Shown: piece by piece, positions 19,543 through 28,256 of the stretch
Position numbering within the stretch: the first letter of the stretch is position 1
Layout of the letters: every line of letters begins with the position of its first letter
Notes under the pieces: generated by a model
The model's database searches: none
Told to the model about the DNA's origin: nothing
What the model saw: only the letters and a program-made list of their open reading frames with translations
Origin: Candidatus Hydrothermarchaeales archaeon
GTDB taxonomy: Archaea; Hydrothermarchaeota; Hydrothermarchaeia; Hydrothermarchaeales; SZUA-236
DNA length: 55,654 bases
NCBI GenBank assembly: GCA_046761145.1
Contig: JBHIFP010000001.1
Span: 1-55,654, forward strand
Direction: 5' to 3'
Position numbers and translations under genes: made by a program

Positions 19543-19887
19543 ATATGGAGTTTTGATTAAAAATAGCGTTCGAGATAATAAAGATAATTGTGCGTTTTCA
19601 AATCCCTTGGCTACAATGGCGTGCTCCATCCTCTGAGCATTTGAACATAGAGCTACATATAGCTACTGTCTCTTTTGCCGTAAATATCGAGACTTTGCAA
19701 CTCGGTTGAAGAAGTTTCAGTGCCTTGGCCAACTTCATCCACCACCTTAACAAACTCATGTTCGAATCCCATTATAAAATATTATTATAAAATAGAATTC
19801 ATTTATTTTAAATTATAAATTAAATCAATCTAATTTTTATCATTTATTGTTGTTAACTTTATAAATTATCAAAAGAAGTGGATCAAG

Positions 19888-21477
19888 ATGGTAGAGAAAA
19901 TCTACCTGTGGGACTTCCCGGAATTCATGAGGCTCGAGGTCACGAATGATTTTAGGGAAGAGATATTCGTGGAGGCCATGGAGAGGGTAGGCACCCTCTA
20001 TGTAGACAAAGCTGAGTTGATCGATGTTTCTGAAGGCTCTGGTCAACCCATATACGAGTTTATTTTTGGTGAAATGGAGGGCAAGATCATAGAGGTTCTG
20101 GAGGGAGGGCCCCGATCCAGCGTCGAGTTGATCCAGGAGACCGGACTGGCCGAGGGCACCTTTTATCACAAGATCTCGGATATGAAGAAGAGGGGTATTA
20201 TCGAGAGGGAAGATCGAAGATACGGATTGAAGAATCCGCTCCAGGTAAGATTTTCAGAGCTGAAGGGAAATAGGAGCCTCGCGCCCAAGCTTAGGAGGAA
20301 GAACAGTGTCTCCAAAGATGAGGTCATTCTCGCTCTGTATCTCTGGCCAAAGTACAGGGATGCATGCGCTAAGGAGGGCGTCGACTTACAAAACCCCAAG
20401 TATGCAACGACATATAGAGATATCTTCAGCCTTGCCCATGCCATAAAGATGTGGAGAGGAGGGAGAAGTAACATCCCAAAATGGGCACTTATAGCCATAG
20501 CTGGGTTGGCGGGGAAAGGCCATAGATTGAACGGGGAGGCCGTTATAGAGAGTTATACCCTCCCCCCGGGCATAAAAGTGGTGCCCTTCTATGATGGAAT
20601 TTATAAGATCCCAATCGAAGTCGATGTAAAGCTAGACAAGATCGCCATCCAATTATGGGCAAAAGGTTCGAACGATGGAAGGGCCTACAATCACAAGAAC
20701 AGGGGTGAATTTTTTGAAAGCCTATACAGGGTTTTTGGAACCTTCAAGGCTAAGGGTGGTAGGGTGCCTTTGCCTTTGGTGGAGATAATGAAGAAACACT
20801 ACAGTATCGGGCATTTTGACAAATATGGAGCTAAGGTACCCCGAAGGATAATCGATAAAATAAAGGCCCTAAAAGACCCCGAAAGGGTGAATTATGAAGT
20901 TGCCCTCTTGGAAGGTATACTTGAGTTGGGTAGCTACCACAGAGAGGATCGAGAATTGACTTCTAGATCGGAGGAATTTCTATCCAATACCTCCAAGTTA
21001 TTGGAGAACTTGGGAATCGGCAAAGTGACGGTGCGGAAGAAGAAAGGCAGACCCCATTATAGATGCACCATCTCTTCATCAAAATCGGCTTTGATGAGGA
21101 GAAGAAAGAGGGATCTGGAAGAGCTTTATGCGGGTATAGGAGAGACATATCCCGACTTTGAAGTCTGGAACAGAATCCCCCTAAACAACATAAGCGAGAA
21201 AGTCAGGAAGAGGGATCTATCGAGGCCGCTCAAAGCATTGCAAGAGATCTGCAAGGAGGAGCTCTTCAACTACTTGGGTTCGATCTTGAAGAGCATCGAA
21301 CGCAATATGCCCGAGTACGGACGGGATTATTTTGAAAGGGAAGATCAGTTGAGATTGACAGAGCATTTCTGGAACTTGAAGAAGATCCCGAACCTGAGGA
21401 ATGTCAAGGAGTACCTCTCGGAGTTAGAGAAGTCTTGGTTCGTACAGAAGTCGACTATATCTGCCCTGTCGGAGTAA
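19888..21477 (+). CDS. Orphan 529-aa protein: N-terminal winged HTH plus two degenerate LAGLIDADG-like modules (tentative)
   Basis: Long clean ORF. wHTH-like segment IIEVLEGGPRSSVELIQETGLAEGTFYHKISDMKKRGIIE. Motif-like LWAKGSNDG and LLEGILELGS, each followed by a segment resembling the LAGLIDADG core, such as SEEFLSNTSKLLENLGIGKVTV. No family recognised with confidence. Confidence 0.65.
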   Translation: MVEKIYLWDFPEFMRLEVTNDFREEIFVEAMERVGTLYVDKAELIDVSEGSGQPIYEFIFGEMEGKIIEVLEGGPRSSVELIQETGLAEGTFYHKISDMKKRGIIEREDRRYGLKNPLQVRFSELKGNRSLAPKLRRKNSVSKDEVILALYLWPKYRDACAKEGVDLQNPKYATTYRDIFSLAHAIKMWRGGRSNIPKWALIAIAGLAGKGHRLNGEAVIESYTLPPGIKVVPFYDGIYKIPIEVDVKLDKIAIQLWAKGSNDGRAYNHKNRGEFFESLYRVFGTFKAKGGRVPLPLVEIMKKHYSIGHFDKYGAKVPRRIIDKIKALKDPERVNYEVALLEGILELGSYHREDRELTSRSEEFLSNTSKLLENLGIGKVTVRKKKGRPHYRCTISSSKSALMRRRKRDLEELYAGIGETYPDFEVWNRIPLNNISEKVRKRDLSRPLKALQEICKEELFNYLGSILKSIERNMPEYGRDYFEREDQLRLTEHFWNLKKIPNLRNVKEYLSELEKSWFVQKSTISALSE

Positions 21478-21701
21478 TAAGGCCATTACTGCAATGGACA
21501 AATCTTCCCTATTTATAACTGATTTTCTTAAATAAACTATTATTATAAACTTAAATATATAAAAATTTTCTAATAAATAATATTATTTATAAATGTATTC
21601 AAAATACTTTTTAAATTAAATATTAATAACTTCAAATCAATTCGAAGCTAAAGTAAGGCTTAAATACTCAAAAATAGAAAAATAAGGCAGAGGTGAACAG
21701 A

Positions 21702-22517
21702 ATGAAGAGAGTTACACTTTTGCTAATACTCCTATTGGTCCTTTCAGTGGGGTGTATCGAGAGGATTACGACGCGTCCTGCCGGGGTAGACGTTGTCCCC
21801 CTCGCCGGAGAGAGGTTTGAAAAGATGATGGAAGCGCCAAGACCAGAACCCGCGGGAGAGGGGCTGATCACGGAGAGAAAGACCATCGTGACCACAAATC
21901 TAAGATTGGAAGTAAAAGATGTCAAGGTTGCGGTAGATCGGATAACGGACGTTGCGCACAAGTTTGATGGCTATGTATCTTACTCGTCCATAAATGCAGA
22001 GAACAAATTTAAGACTGGCAGTATCACCATCAGGGTGCCAAAAGAGAAGCACGACGCTGCTGTTGAGGAAATAACTGAATTGGGTGAGGTGAAGTCGGAG
22101 GGAACTTCTGGCAGGGATGTGACCGAGGAGTATATAGACCTCGAGGCCAGGCTCAATAATCTGAAGAAACAAGAAGAGAGGCTCTTGGCGCTACTGGATA
22201 AAGCTGAGAGCGTTGAAGATCTATTGAAGGTCGAGAAAGAGTTGGCCAGGGTTAGAGGGGAGATTGAGAGCTTAACCGGAAGGAAAAAATACCTCGACAA
22301 TCGTATAGAGTTCTCTACCATCTCGGTCCAACTGAGAGAACCTGAACCAGTCACTTATACATGGGGCATAAGGGGCACCCTAAGGAAAGCCATTCAAGCG
22401 TTCTTCTCGGTGATAACTGCTCTGGTAATACTTGTCGGATATTTGCTTCCAATAGCAATTTTGATCGGTTTCGTTCTCTTGGCGAGGAGATTATGGAGTG
22501 CTGGAAAAGGGGGCTAG
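21702..22517 (+). CDS. DUF4349-like lipoprotein with C-terminal TM
   Basis: Signal peptide and lipobox-like LSVGC, central coiled coil (EEYIDLEARLNNLKKQEERLL...), C-terminal TM. ATG 5 nt after GGTGA; the ORF track starts at 21693. Confidence 0.75.
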   Translation: MKRVTLLLILLLVLSVGCIERITTRPAGVDVVPLAGERFEKMMEAPRPEPAGEGLITERKTIVTTNLRLEVKDVKVAVDRITDVAHKFDGYVSYSSINAENKFKTGSITIRVPKEKHDAAVEEITELGEVKSEGTSGRDVTEEYIDLEARLNNLKKQEERLLALLDKAESVEDLLKVEKELARVRGEIESLTGRKKYLDNRIEFSTISVQLREPEPVTYTWGIRGTLRKAIQAFFSVITALVILVGYLLPIAILIGFVLLARRLWSAGKGG

Positions 22518-23136
22518 CAGGATAGCTACGAGCGAAGAGAAACTATTGATATTGCCATTGAACGATGATACATCGAGGAAGATATCTCAAGTTCTGGCCA
22601 ACGAGACCTCGAGGAAGATCTTAGAGGCGCTGTGTGACGAGCCCCTCTCAACCAAACAGATTTCGGAAAAGCTGAACCTCCCCTTGACCACTCTGCATTA
22701 TAATATTGAGAATCTTCTAGATGCCGGTTTAATAAAGGTAGAAGAGGCCAAGTACAGCAGAAAGGGGAGGGAGGTCAAGGTATATGCTCCAACTCGAAAA
22801 TTTATCGTAATTGCCCCCGAGAATATGGGTAGAGAAGAGGCAAAGAACATCCTACGCAAGGCCTTGTTTGGCATTTATTTCCTACTGGTAGCTGTGGGCT
22901 CTGGTTATCTATTTCAAAGGCTATATTATAGGTACTTAGGAATAACTGAGGGAGAGCTATTGGTATCTGCACCGATGGAAATGGCAAGAGAAGGCCTGCC
23001 TACCAAAGCTCTAGAGGCTGTTCCAAAGGCACCGACAATGCTCGAACCCAACCTTCATCTATGGTTCTTATTTGGAGCGATATTTGCCTTGGTTTTGATC
23101 TTTGTCTGGAGGAACTTGGAAAAGAAGGTAAGATGA
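22498..23136 (+). CDS. Membrane-anchored ArsR-family wHTH regulator
   Basis: 212 aa. ArsR/SmtB-like HTH (SRKILEALCDEPLSTKQISEKLNLPLTTLHYNIENLLDAGLI) followed by two hydrophobic segments. GTG start 8 nt after GAGGAG, overlapping the upstream gene by 20 nt. Confidence 0.75.
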   Translation: MLEKGASRIATSEEKLLILPLNDDTSRKISQVLANETSRKILEALCDEPLSTKQISEKLNLPLTTLHYNIENLLDAGLIKVEEAKYSRKGREVKVYAPTRKFIVIAPENMGREEAKNILRKALFGIYFLLVAVGSGYLFQRLYYRYLGITEGELLVSAPMEMAREGLPTKALEAVPKAPTMLEPNLHLWFLFGAIFALVLIFVWRNLEKKVR

Positions 23137-23210
23137 AGACAGAACTTTATAGTATTACCCGAATCGGGCCGTCAATACCAAAAAATAAATACCTCTTTGA
23201 AATATAGATA

Positions 23211-23564
23211 ATGGGGAAAATGAGAAAGAGGATTTTCCTTGACATTTTGGTGATCGGGATCCTCCTGATCAGCGGTTGTATTGAGGGGGAGAGGAAAGTA
23301 ACCGCCCCTCAGGAGTCGGCAAAAGATCGAGCGATCTCTGCCTGTAAACAAGAATGCAATGCGAGATTAATCGCCGGGGAAGACTTTACCAAAGGGCCTT
23401 GTTTATCCAACGAGATCATAGAAGATTGGGTCTGCGATGTCGCACACGATCCTCGTCAGGATGTGGACAATATGCCAGAGAATCAGTGCAGCGCTTTCCG
23501 CGAAAGAAAGGCCCACCACTTCGTAGAACTGGATACCGAGTGTAACCTCATCAAGGCTTGGTGA
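23211..23564 (+). CDS. Small Cys-rich secreted/lipoprotein, unknown function
   Basis: 117 aa. Signal peptide with ISGC lipobox-like site, then six further Cys. Confidence 0.6.
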   Translation: MGKMRKRIFLDILVIGILLISGCIEGERKVTAPQESAKDRAISACKQECNARLIAGEDFTKGPCLSNEIIEDWVCDVAHDPRQDVDNMPENQCSAFRERKAHHFVELDTECNLIKAW

Positions 23565-23582
23565 GATCGCTTCTCCCTTTGA

Positions 23583-24050
23583 TCAAACCAAGGTCCCTAT
23601 CACATCCCCTCTCGTCACTATACCTACCAATTTCCCCTCTTTATCTACAACTGGAAGCCTGTTGATCATTTCGATCCCCATGATCTTTGTGGCCTCGGCG
23701 ACTGTAGCATCTGGGGAGATGGTTATAACTCTTTTCGTCATTATCTCCTCTACCGCCGTTGCCGCTGTCTTCTTGATCACCTCCATTATCTCGTCTATCT
23801 CGTGCTTCATCCTCAAAGGGAGTTCGACGACATCAAAGGGGCTGGGCAAAATCAAGTTGAGGTTGATATCGTGCTCTTCAATGAGCTTCATGATGTCCCG
23901 CTCGCTCACTATACCGACGACCTTCTTTTCCTCCACGACCGGTGCCCCACTTATCCTCCTCTGTCTCAATGACCAAGCAACGTAATGGATAGGATCCGAA
24001 GGCTTGAAAGAGACCACATCTCTTACCATGATATCCTCGACTTTCCTCAT
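23583..24050 (-). CDS. CBS-domain pair protein
   Basis: 155 aa. Two CBS repeats (ISGAPVVEE..VGIVSERDI and INRLPVVDKEGKLVGIVTRGDV). Confidence 0.85.
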   Translation of the reverse strand: MRKVEDIMVRDVVSFKPSDPIHYVAWSLRQRRISGAPVVEEKKVVGIVSERDIMKLIEEHDINLNLILPSPFDVVELPLRMKHEIDEIMEVIKKTAATAVEEIMTKRVITISPDATVAEATKIMGIEMINRLPVVDKEGKLVGIVTRGDVIGTLV

Positions 24051-24072
24051 CTTTTGTCACCCATCAGTAGAC

Positions 24073-25104
24073 TCATGGATGTATTCCCACCTCTCCTAAA
24101 CCCGCCGTTTCTTCGAAGCCCATCATTATGTTCATATTCTGTATCGCTTGTCCCGAAGCGCCTTTTACCAAGTTGTCGATAGCTGAGATCACGACTGCCC
24201 TATTTCGCTCTGCATCGACTTCAAAGCCCCCTATGTCTATGTAATTCGAACCCCTGACGGCGCTCATCCTCGGTACCTCACCAACTCCAAGGATGCGCAC
24301 GAAGGGCTCTCCCCTGTAAAACTCGTCGTATATATTCTTGATCTCATCGCTAGAGAGCTCAGATTCGAGATAGCAGTGCATAGTTGTGGACAACCCCCTT
24401 ATCAGAGGGACTATATGGGGCACGAAGGCCACTTTTACCTTTTCATCTAAACGTCTCAACTCTTGCTCGATCTCCGGCATATGCCTGTGGGCAACTACGC
24501 TATAAGCCAAGACGCTCTCGTCCGCAATAGAGAAATGGGTCTTCAAACTCGGCGAGGCTCCAGCCCCAGATATCCCACTCTTTGCATCGACGACGATCTT
24601 GTCCACTTCGATTGCCCCCTCTTTCACGAGGGGTGCGAGACCCAAAGTGGCACCCGTTGGGTAGCATCCAGGATTTGCGACCAAATTTGCGTCTTTGATC
24701 TCTACTCTACGCAATTCGGGAAGGCCATACACCGCCTTTATCTCGGGATGTTCGTGTTCACGCCCATAATATCTCTCGTAAGTTGCTACATCATAGAACC
24801 TGAAGTCCCCACTCAAGTCTACGACCTTTACCCCATTCTCCAAAACTTTGGGAACGATATCCATCGAGGTGCCATGGGGGGTCGCTGTGAAGACAAAGTC
24901 AGACTCGGAAGCAACATCTTCTGGGCTGAGGGCTTCGAACTTCAGATCTAGGATATCTTTCAGATTTGGATGTATTTTTGATATTTCAATGCCATCATAC
25001 TTCCTAGAAGTTGCACAAGCCACTTCACAGTCAGGGTGCCTTGCCAAAATCCTCAGAAGTTCTCCACCTGTGTAACCAGAGGCACCTATAACGCTGACCT
25101 TCAT
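24073..25104 (-). CDS. argC: N-acetyl-gamma-glutamyl-phosphate reductase
   Basis: 343 aa. GASGYTGGELLR NAD motif and catalytic-Cys context NPGCYPT. Confidence 0.95.
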   Translation of the reverse strand: MKVSVIGASGYTGGELLRILARHPDCEVACATSRKYDGIEISKIHPNLKDILDLKFEALSPEDVASESDFVFTATPHGTSMDIVPKVLENGVKVVDLSGDFRFYDVATYERYYGREHEHPEIKAVYGLPELRRVEIKDANLVANPGCYPTGATLGLAPLVKEGAIEVDKIVVDAKSGISGAGASPSLKTHFSIADESVLAYSVVAHRHMPEIEQELRRLDEKVKVAFVPHIVPLIRGLSTTMHCYLESELSSDEIKNIYDEFYRGEPFVRILGVGEVPRMSAVRGSNYIDIGGFEVDAERNRAVVISAIDNLVKGASGQAIQNMNIMMGFEETAGLGEVGIHP

Positions 25105-25454
25105 CCTTCCGACTCCTTGACCTTATTCAAAATGCCTTTTACGCTCCTTAATGACCTCGTTGTTACAAATACCTTACTCCCAAAATGCTTCTCCAACAGA
25201 TCTTCAAAGATCTTCCCAACTGCGGCATAATGTATACCTTCCTTCGCAAATATAACATTATCCGATTTGTAGCCACCGAGAATCTTTAGATTTTTGGATT
25301 CTGCATCCTTTAGAATTTCGAATATCTCTTCCTTTCTTATCCTTCTTATTGAGTAAAAATTTATGCCCCTGATAAAGGCTATGCCGATCTCCATCTTACC
25401 ACAGGATCGTATTGGCTTTTGCCAATATAAATCTACATACTCCTCAATGGACAT
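25101..25454 (-). CDS. Hypothetical protein, DUF1697-like N-terminal half
   Basis: 117 aa. IAFIRGINF... resembles the DUF1697 start. 4-nt overlap with the argC start. Confidence 0.45.
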   Translation of the reverse strand: MSIEEYVDLYWQKPIRSCGKMEIGIAFIRGINFYSIRRIRKEEIFEILKDAESKNLKILGGYKSDNVIFAKEGIHYAAVGKIFEDLLEKHFGSKVFVTTRSLRSVKGILNKVKESEG

Positions 25455-25629
25455 TTGCCGTAATTATCTAGAAATCGAGCATCACATCCCAAGTTAAGGG
25501 AAATTCCACCCCCCGCTTTTCGGAACGTCGTATATGCTGGGAACGTTATACGCAATTTGCACATTAAGCATCGAAGGTTTTAAGTAACAGGAAGTTATAA
25601 CATGTAACAAAACATAATAGGTGATCACA

Positions 25630-25872
25630 ATGGTGAAGGCTATGATAAACCTGACTGAGTATGAAAATAGGGTTCTGAACATCATAAAGGCCAAGTTTGG
25701 TTTTAGGAATAAATCCGAAGCGATCAAATGGATAATACAAAAGTACGAGAGTGAGTTTTTAGAGCCCGAGCTCAGACCTGAGTTCATAGAAAAGATGAGA
25801 AAGAGAGAGAAGGAACCAATTGTGCAGGTGAAGGATTTCAGGAAGCATTTTGAGTTGGAAGAGAGTGTATAA
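25630..25872 (+). CDS. Antitoxin, DUF2683-like
   Basis: 80 aa from the ATG 7 nt after GGTGA. INLTEYENRVLNIIKAKFGFRNKSEAIKWII matches the DUF2683 pattern. Overlaps the toxin start. Confidence 0.7.
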   Translation: MVKAMINLTEYENRVLNIIKAKFGFRNKSEAIKWIIQKYESEFLEPELRPEFIEKMRKREKEPIVQVKDFRKHFELEESV

Positions 25873-26131
25873 CTACGCCCTGAGAAAAACAGTGGAAAAG
25901 ACCTTCTTTAAACTCGCCAAAAAGAACCCTAAACAGCTGGAAATCATCTATGATAAAATCGAAGAAATAAGACGGGATCCGCATCGTTACAAAAACCTGA
26001 AGAGTCCGCTCCAACATTTGAAACGTGTGCATATAGGCAAAAGCTATGTACTGGTGTTTTCCGTTGACGATGCCAATAACTTAGTAATCATAGAGGATTA
26101 TGACCACCACGATAAGATTTACAAGCGGTGA
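25865..26131 (+). CDS. RelE/ParE-superfamily toxin
   Basis: About 88 aa from the GTG overlapping the antitoxin stop (GTGTATAA). AKKNPKQLEIIYDKIEEIRRDPHRYKNLKSPLQHLKRVHIGKSYVLVF fits the RelE/YoeB-type fold pattern. The ORF track starts at 25850. Confidence 0.75.
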   Translation: MYNYALRKTVEKTFFKLAKKNPKQLEIIYDKIEEIRRDPHRYKNLKSPLQHLKRVHIGKSYVLVFSVDDANNLVIIEDYDHHDKIYKR

Positions 26132-26314
26132 TAACTGCTCTGTCAGGGCATTCTTCGCCTTGCGGTCATCACACCAAGACTCTTCATTGATCTCCTCATA
26201 TTTTAAATACACCAGTCGGCCAGAAGGTATTCGATGTTGGTGAAGCACATCGTGCTTATTCCCCTCCTTCGATTGAATGGGGCTCCCCGTAGTGGGGAAA
26301 TCCCTCATCTTCAA
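26081..26314 (-). CDS. Small ORF translationally coupled to the DUF45 gene; 3' end runs into relE
   Basis: ATGA overlap with the DUF45 stop at 26311-26314. 77 codons, of which the last 17 overlap the convergent relE gene. No recognisable motif. Confidence 0.25.
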   Translation of the reverse strand: MKMRDFPTTGSPIQSKEGNKHDVLHQHRIPSGRLVYLKYEEINEESWCDDRKAKNALTEQLSPLVNLIVVVIILYDY

Positions 26315-26817
26315 CCTCTGGCAAGTTTGTCCTTCTCCATATCCTTTGCTATGAGGAAACCCCTGGCGCGCTCGGCGTATTTATACTGGTTGACGGCCTT
26401 CCAGAAGGCCTTCGAATGATTGGGATAGATGAGGTGGGCCAACTCGTGGACTATCACATAGTCCCTGACCCAAGGCGGCATCTCTGCCAACCGATATGAT
26501 ATGCGGATGGTGCCCTTCTTGTGGTCGCAACTGCCATGGCGCCTATTCTGGTTGGTGACGTACTCCACGGAGCTTATCTTTAGCTTTCCGCCGAAGTACC
26601 TGTGGTTCAACTCCTGTGCTCTCTCTTTAAGGCCCTCGTCGGCGTTGAGCTCGCGCCTCAATTTCCGTCTCTCCATGCTCTTGATCACCTTGTCGATCCA
26701 CTCCTCCTCTTCTGCCTTTGTGAGTCCAGCCGGGAGGTATACTCTGAGCTCCTCGCCGAAGAGCTTTGCGCTTATCGTCTTCTTCCTTCGAGGGCTCCTT
26801 ATGATCTCAATCTTCAT
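26311..26817 (-). CDS. DUF45/YgjP-like (SprT/WLM-type) zinc metallopeptidase
   Basis: HELAHLIYPNH zincin motif. Start at the ATG (MKIEIIRSPRRK) preceded by AGGTG; the ORF extends to 26841. Confidence 0.8.
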   Translation of the reverse strand: MKIEIIRSPRRKKTISAKLFGEELRVYLPAGLTKAEEEEWIDKVIKSMERRKLRRELNADEGLKERAQELNHRYFGGKLKISSVEYVTNQNRRHGSCDHKKGTIRISYRLAEMPPWVRDYVIVHELAHLIYPNHSKAFWKAVNQYKYAERARGFLIAKDMEKDKLARG

Positions 26818-26876
26818 TGCCACACCTGTGCTTCTACCCAAAGATTAATTTAAGGCTTGCAATTAAAACCTTTGCC

Positions 26877-28196
26877 ATGCTAGAGAGACTGAAGGGGATA
26901 GTAGGAGACGAAAACTTCTCTGATGACAAGGCGGAGTTGATAGCCTACTCCCGAGACTCTTCGATCTTCAAAGAAAGGCCTTTATGCGTCGTTACCCCCG
27001 GAAGTAGAAGAGAGATCGTAGAGATCGTCAATTTCGCAAACGAGCACAAGGTTCCGATCATTCCCAGAGGAGCAGGCACAAATCCTTGTGGAGAGGTTGT
27101 CGGTAAGGCCATTATTTTGGACCTGACCAAAATGGATAGGATCATAGAAGTCGATGTCGATGACATGTACGTCATCGTACAGCCCGGCGTCGTTCTAGAC
27201 GATTTAAATTTGCAATTGAAGAAGGAAGGCTTCTTCTTCCCGCCTGACCCAGCGAGCTCGAGGGTCTGTACAATAGGGGGGATGGTCGCCAACAATTCAA
27301 GTGGGCTCCACGCTGTAAAGTATGGTACGACAAAGGATTACGTCTTGGCCTTAGAAGTCGTAATGGCCGATGGTAGCGTTATCGAAACCGGTAGTAGGGC
27401 TTTAAAGTCGGCTTCCGGCTATGATATAACGAGCCTCCTCGTCGGCTCAGAAGGCACGTTGGGTATCTTTACCGAGATCACATTGAAGATCTTGCCCATG
27501 CCCGAATACACCGAAACTCTCGTTTTTGGCCTCAAAGATCTCAAAGGACTGGAAGATGTCGGCCCAAAATTGTTGAAGCTTCGTCCTTCAGCATTTGAGA
27601 TTATGGATGATATCTGTATCGAGGCGTTGACAAATCGTTACAATCTGGACTTTAAGGGGAGTAGGATAGTAGTTATCATAGAATTCGACGGGACCCATGA
27701 GGGTGTAAAGAACAACATAAAAAGAACAAAGGAGCTCCTGGACGGAAATATCCTCGCTATAGACGACATCTGGGACTACAGAAAAAAGTTAGTCCCCTCC
27801 CTTATAGGATACAAAGATACCGTGCCCATCCCCATCACCGAAGATATTGGAGTGCCAGTTGCTAAGGTTTTGGAGGCTATCAAAAAGATAAAAGAGATAT
27901 ATGGCGAGCACGGCTTTAAAGTGGCGATCTACGGTCATGGCGGAGATGGAAATCTACACATGCGCGTATTTGTGGAAGGCGCCAAAGCCGAAGAGGTGAC
28001 GAAAGCCGCCGACTCCGTCTATGAGTATGTGTTGAGCATCGAGGGCACGATTACGAGCGAGCACGGCATCGGACTTTTGAGGGCCAAATATATGGGGGGA
28101 GAGCACGGCGGCGCATTTGAGATCATGGCGGGTATCAAAAAGGCCTTCGATAAGAACAACATAATGAATCCTGGAAAGATGGGCTTTACATATTGA
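26877..28196 (+). CDS. FAD-linked oxidase (GlcD / D-lactate dehydrogenase family)
   Basis: N-terminal FAD-binding PCMH domain (PRGAGTN, GGMVANNSSG). Start at MLERLKGIVG; the ORF track starts at 26817. Confidence 0.85.
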   Translation: MLERLKGIVGDENFSDDKAELIAYSRDSSIFKERPLCVVTPGSRREIVEIVNFANEHKVPIIPRGAGTNPCGEVVGKAIILDLTKMDRIIEVDVDDMYVIVQPGVVLDDLNLQLKKEGFFFPPDPASSRVCTIGGMVANNSSGLHAVKYGTTKDYVLALEVVMADGSVIETGSRALKSASGYDITSLLVGSEGTLGIFTEITLKILPMPEYTETLVFGLKDLKGLEDVGPKLLKLRPSAFEIMDDICIEALTNRYNLDFKGSRIVVIIEFDGTHEGVKNNIKRTKELLDGNILAIDDIWDYRKKLVPSLIGYKDTVPIPITEDIGVPVAKVLEAIKKIKEIYGEHGFKVAIYGHGGDGNLHMRVFVEGAKAEEVTKAADSVYEYVLSIEGTITSEHGIGLLRAKYMGGEHGGAFEIMAGIKKAFDKNNIMNPGKMGFTY

Positions 28197-28256
28197 GAAG
28201 ATATTTATCCTACGAGATCTTATTTTGTAAGTAAGAAGGATAGGCGAGGACTCAAT

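Noticed and set aside
19760-19770. GTTCGAATCCC, identical to the T-arm core of the tRNA-Gly at 12106-12177, just left of the AT-rich tract (possible att-site or tRNA fragment)
   Set aside because: The match is only 11 nt. The flanking bases do not form a T stem or continue into an acceptor sequence, and no second copy flanks the orphan gene on the right.
19771-21690. AT-rich tracts flanking a wHTH gene as a replication origin
   Set aside because: No Orc1/Cdc6 gene is adjacent. I found no repeated ORB-like elements in inverted orientation, and the tracts are short (105-180 nt). This is kept only as a minor alternative under the orphan-gene finding.
25494-25787. 97-aa minus-strand ORF
   Set aside because: It overlaps the well-supported antitoxin gene in antisense and its translation is hydrophobic and low-complexity.
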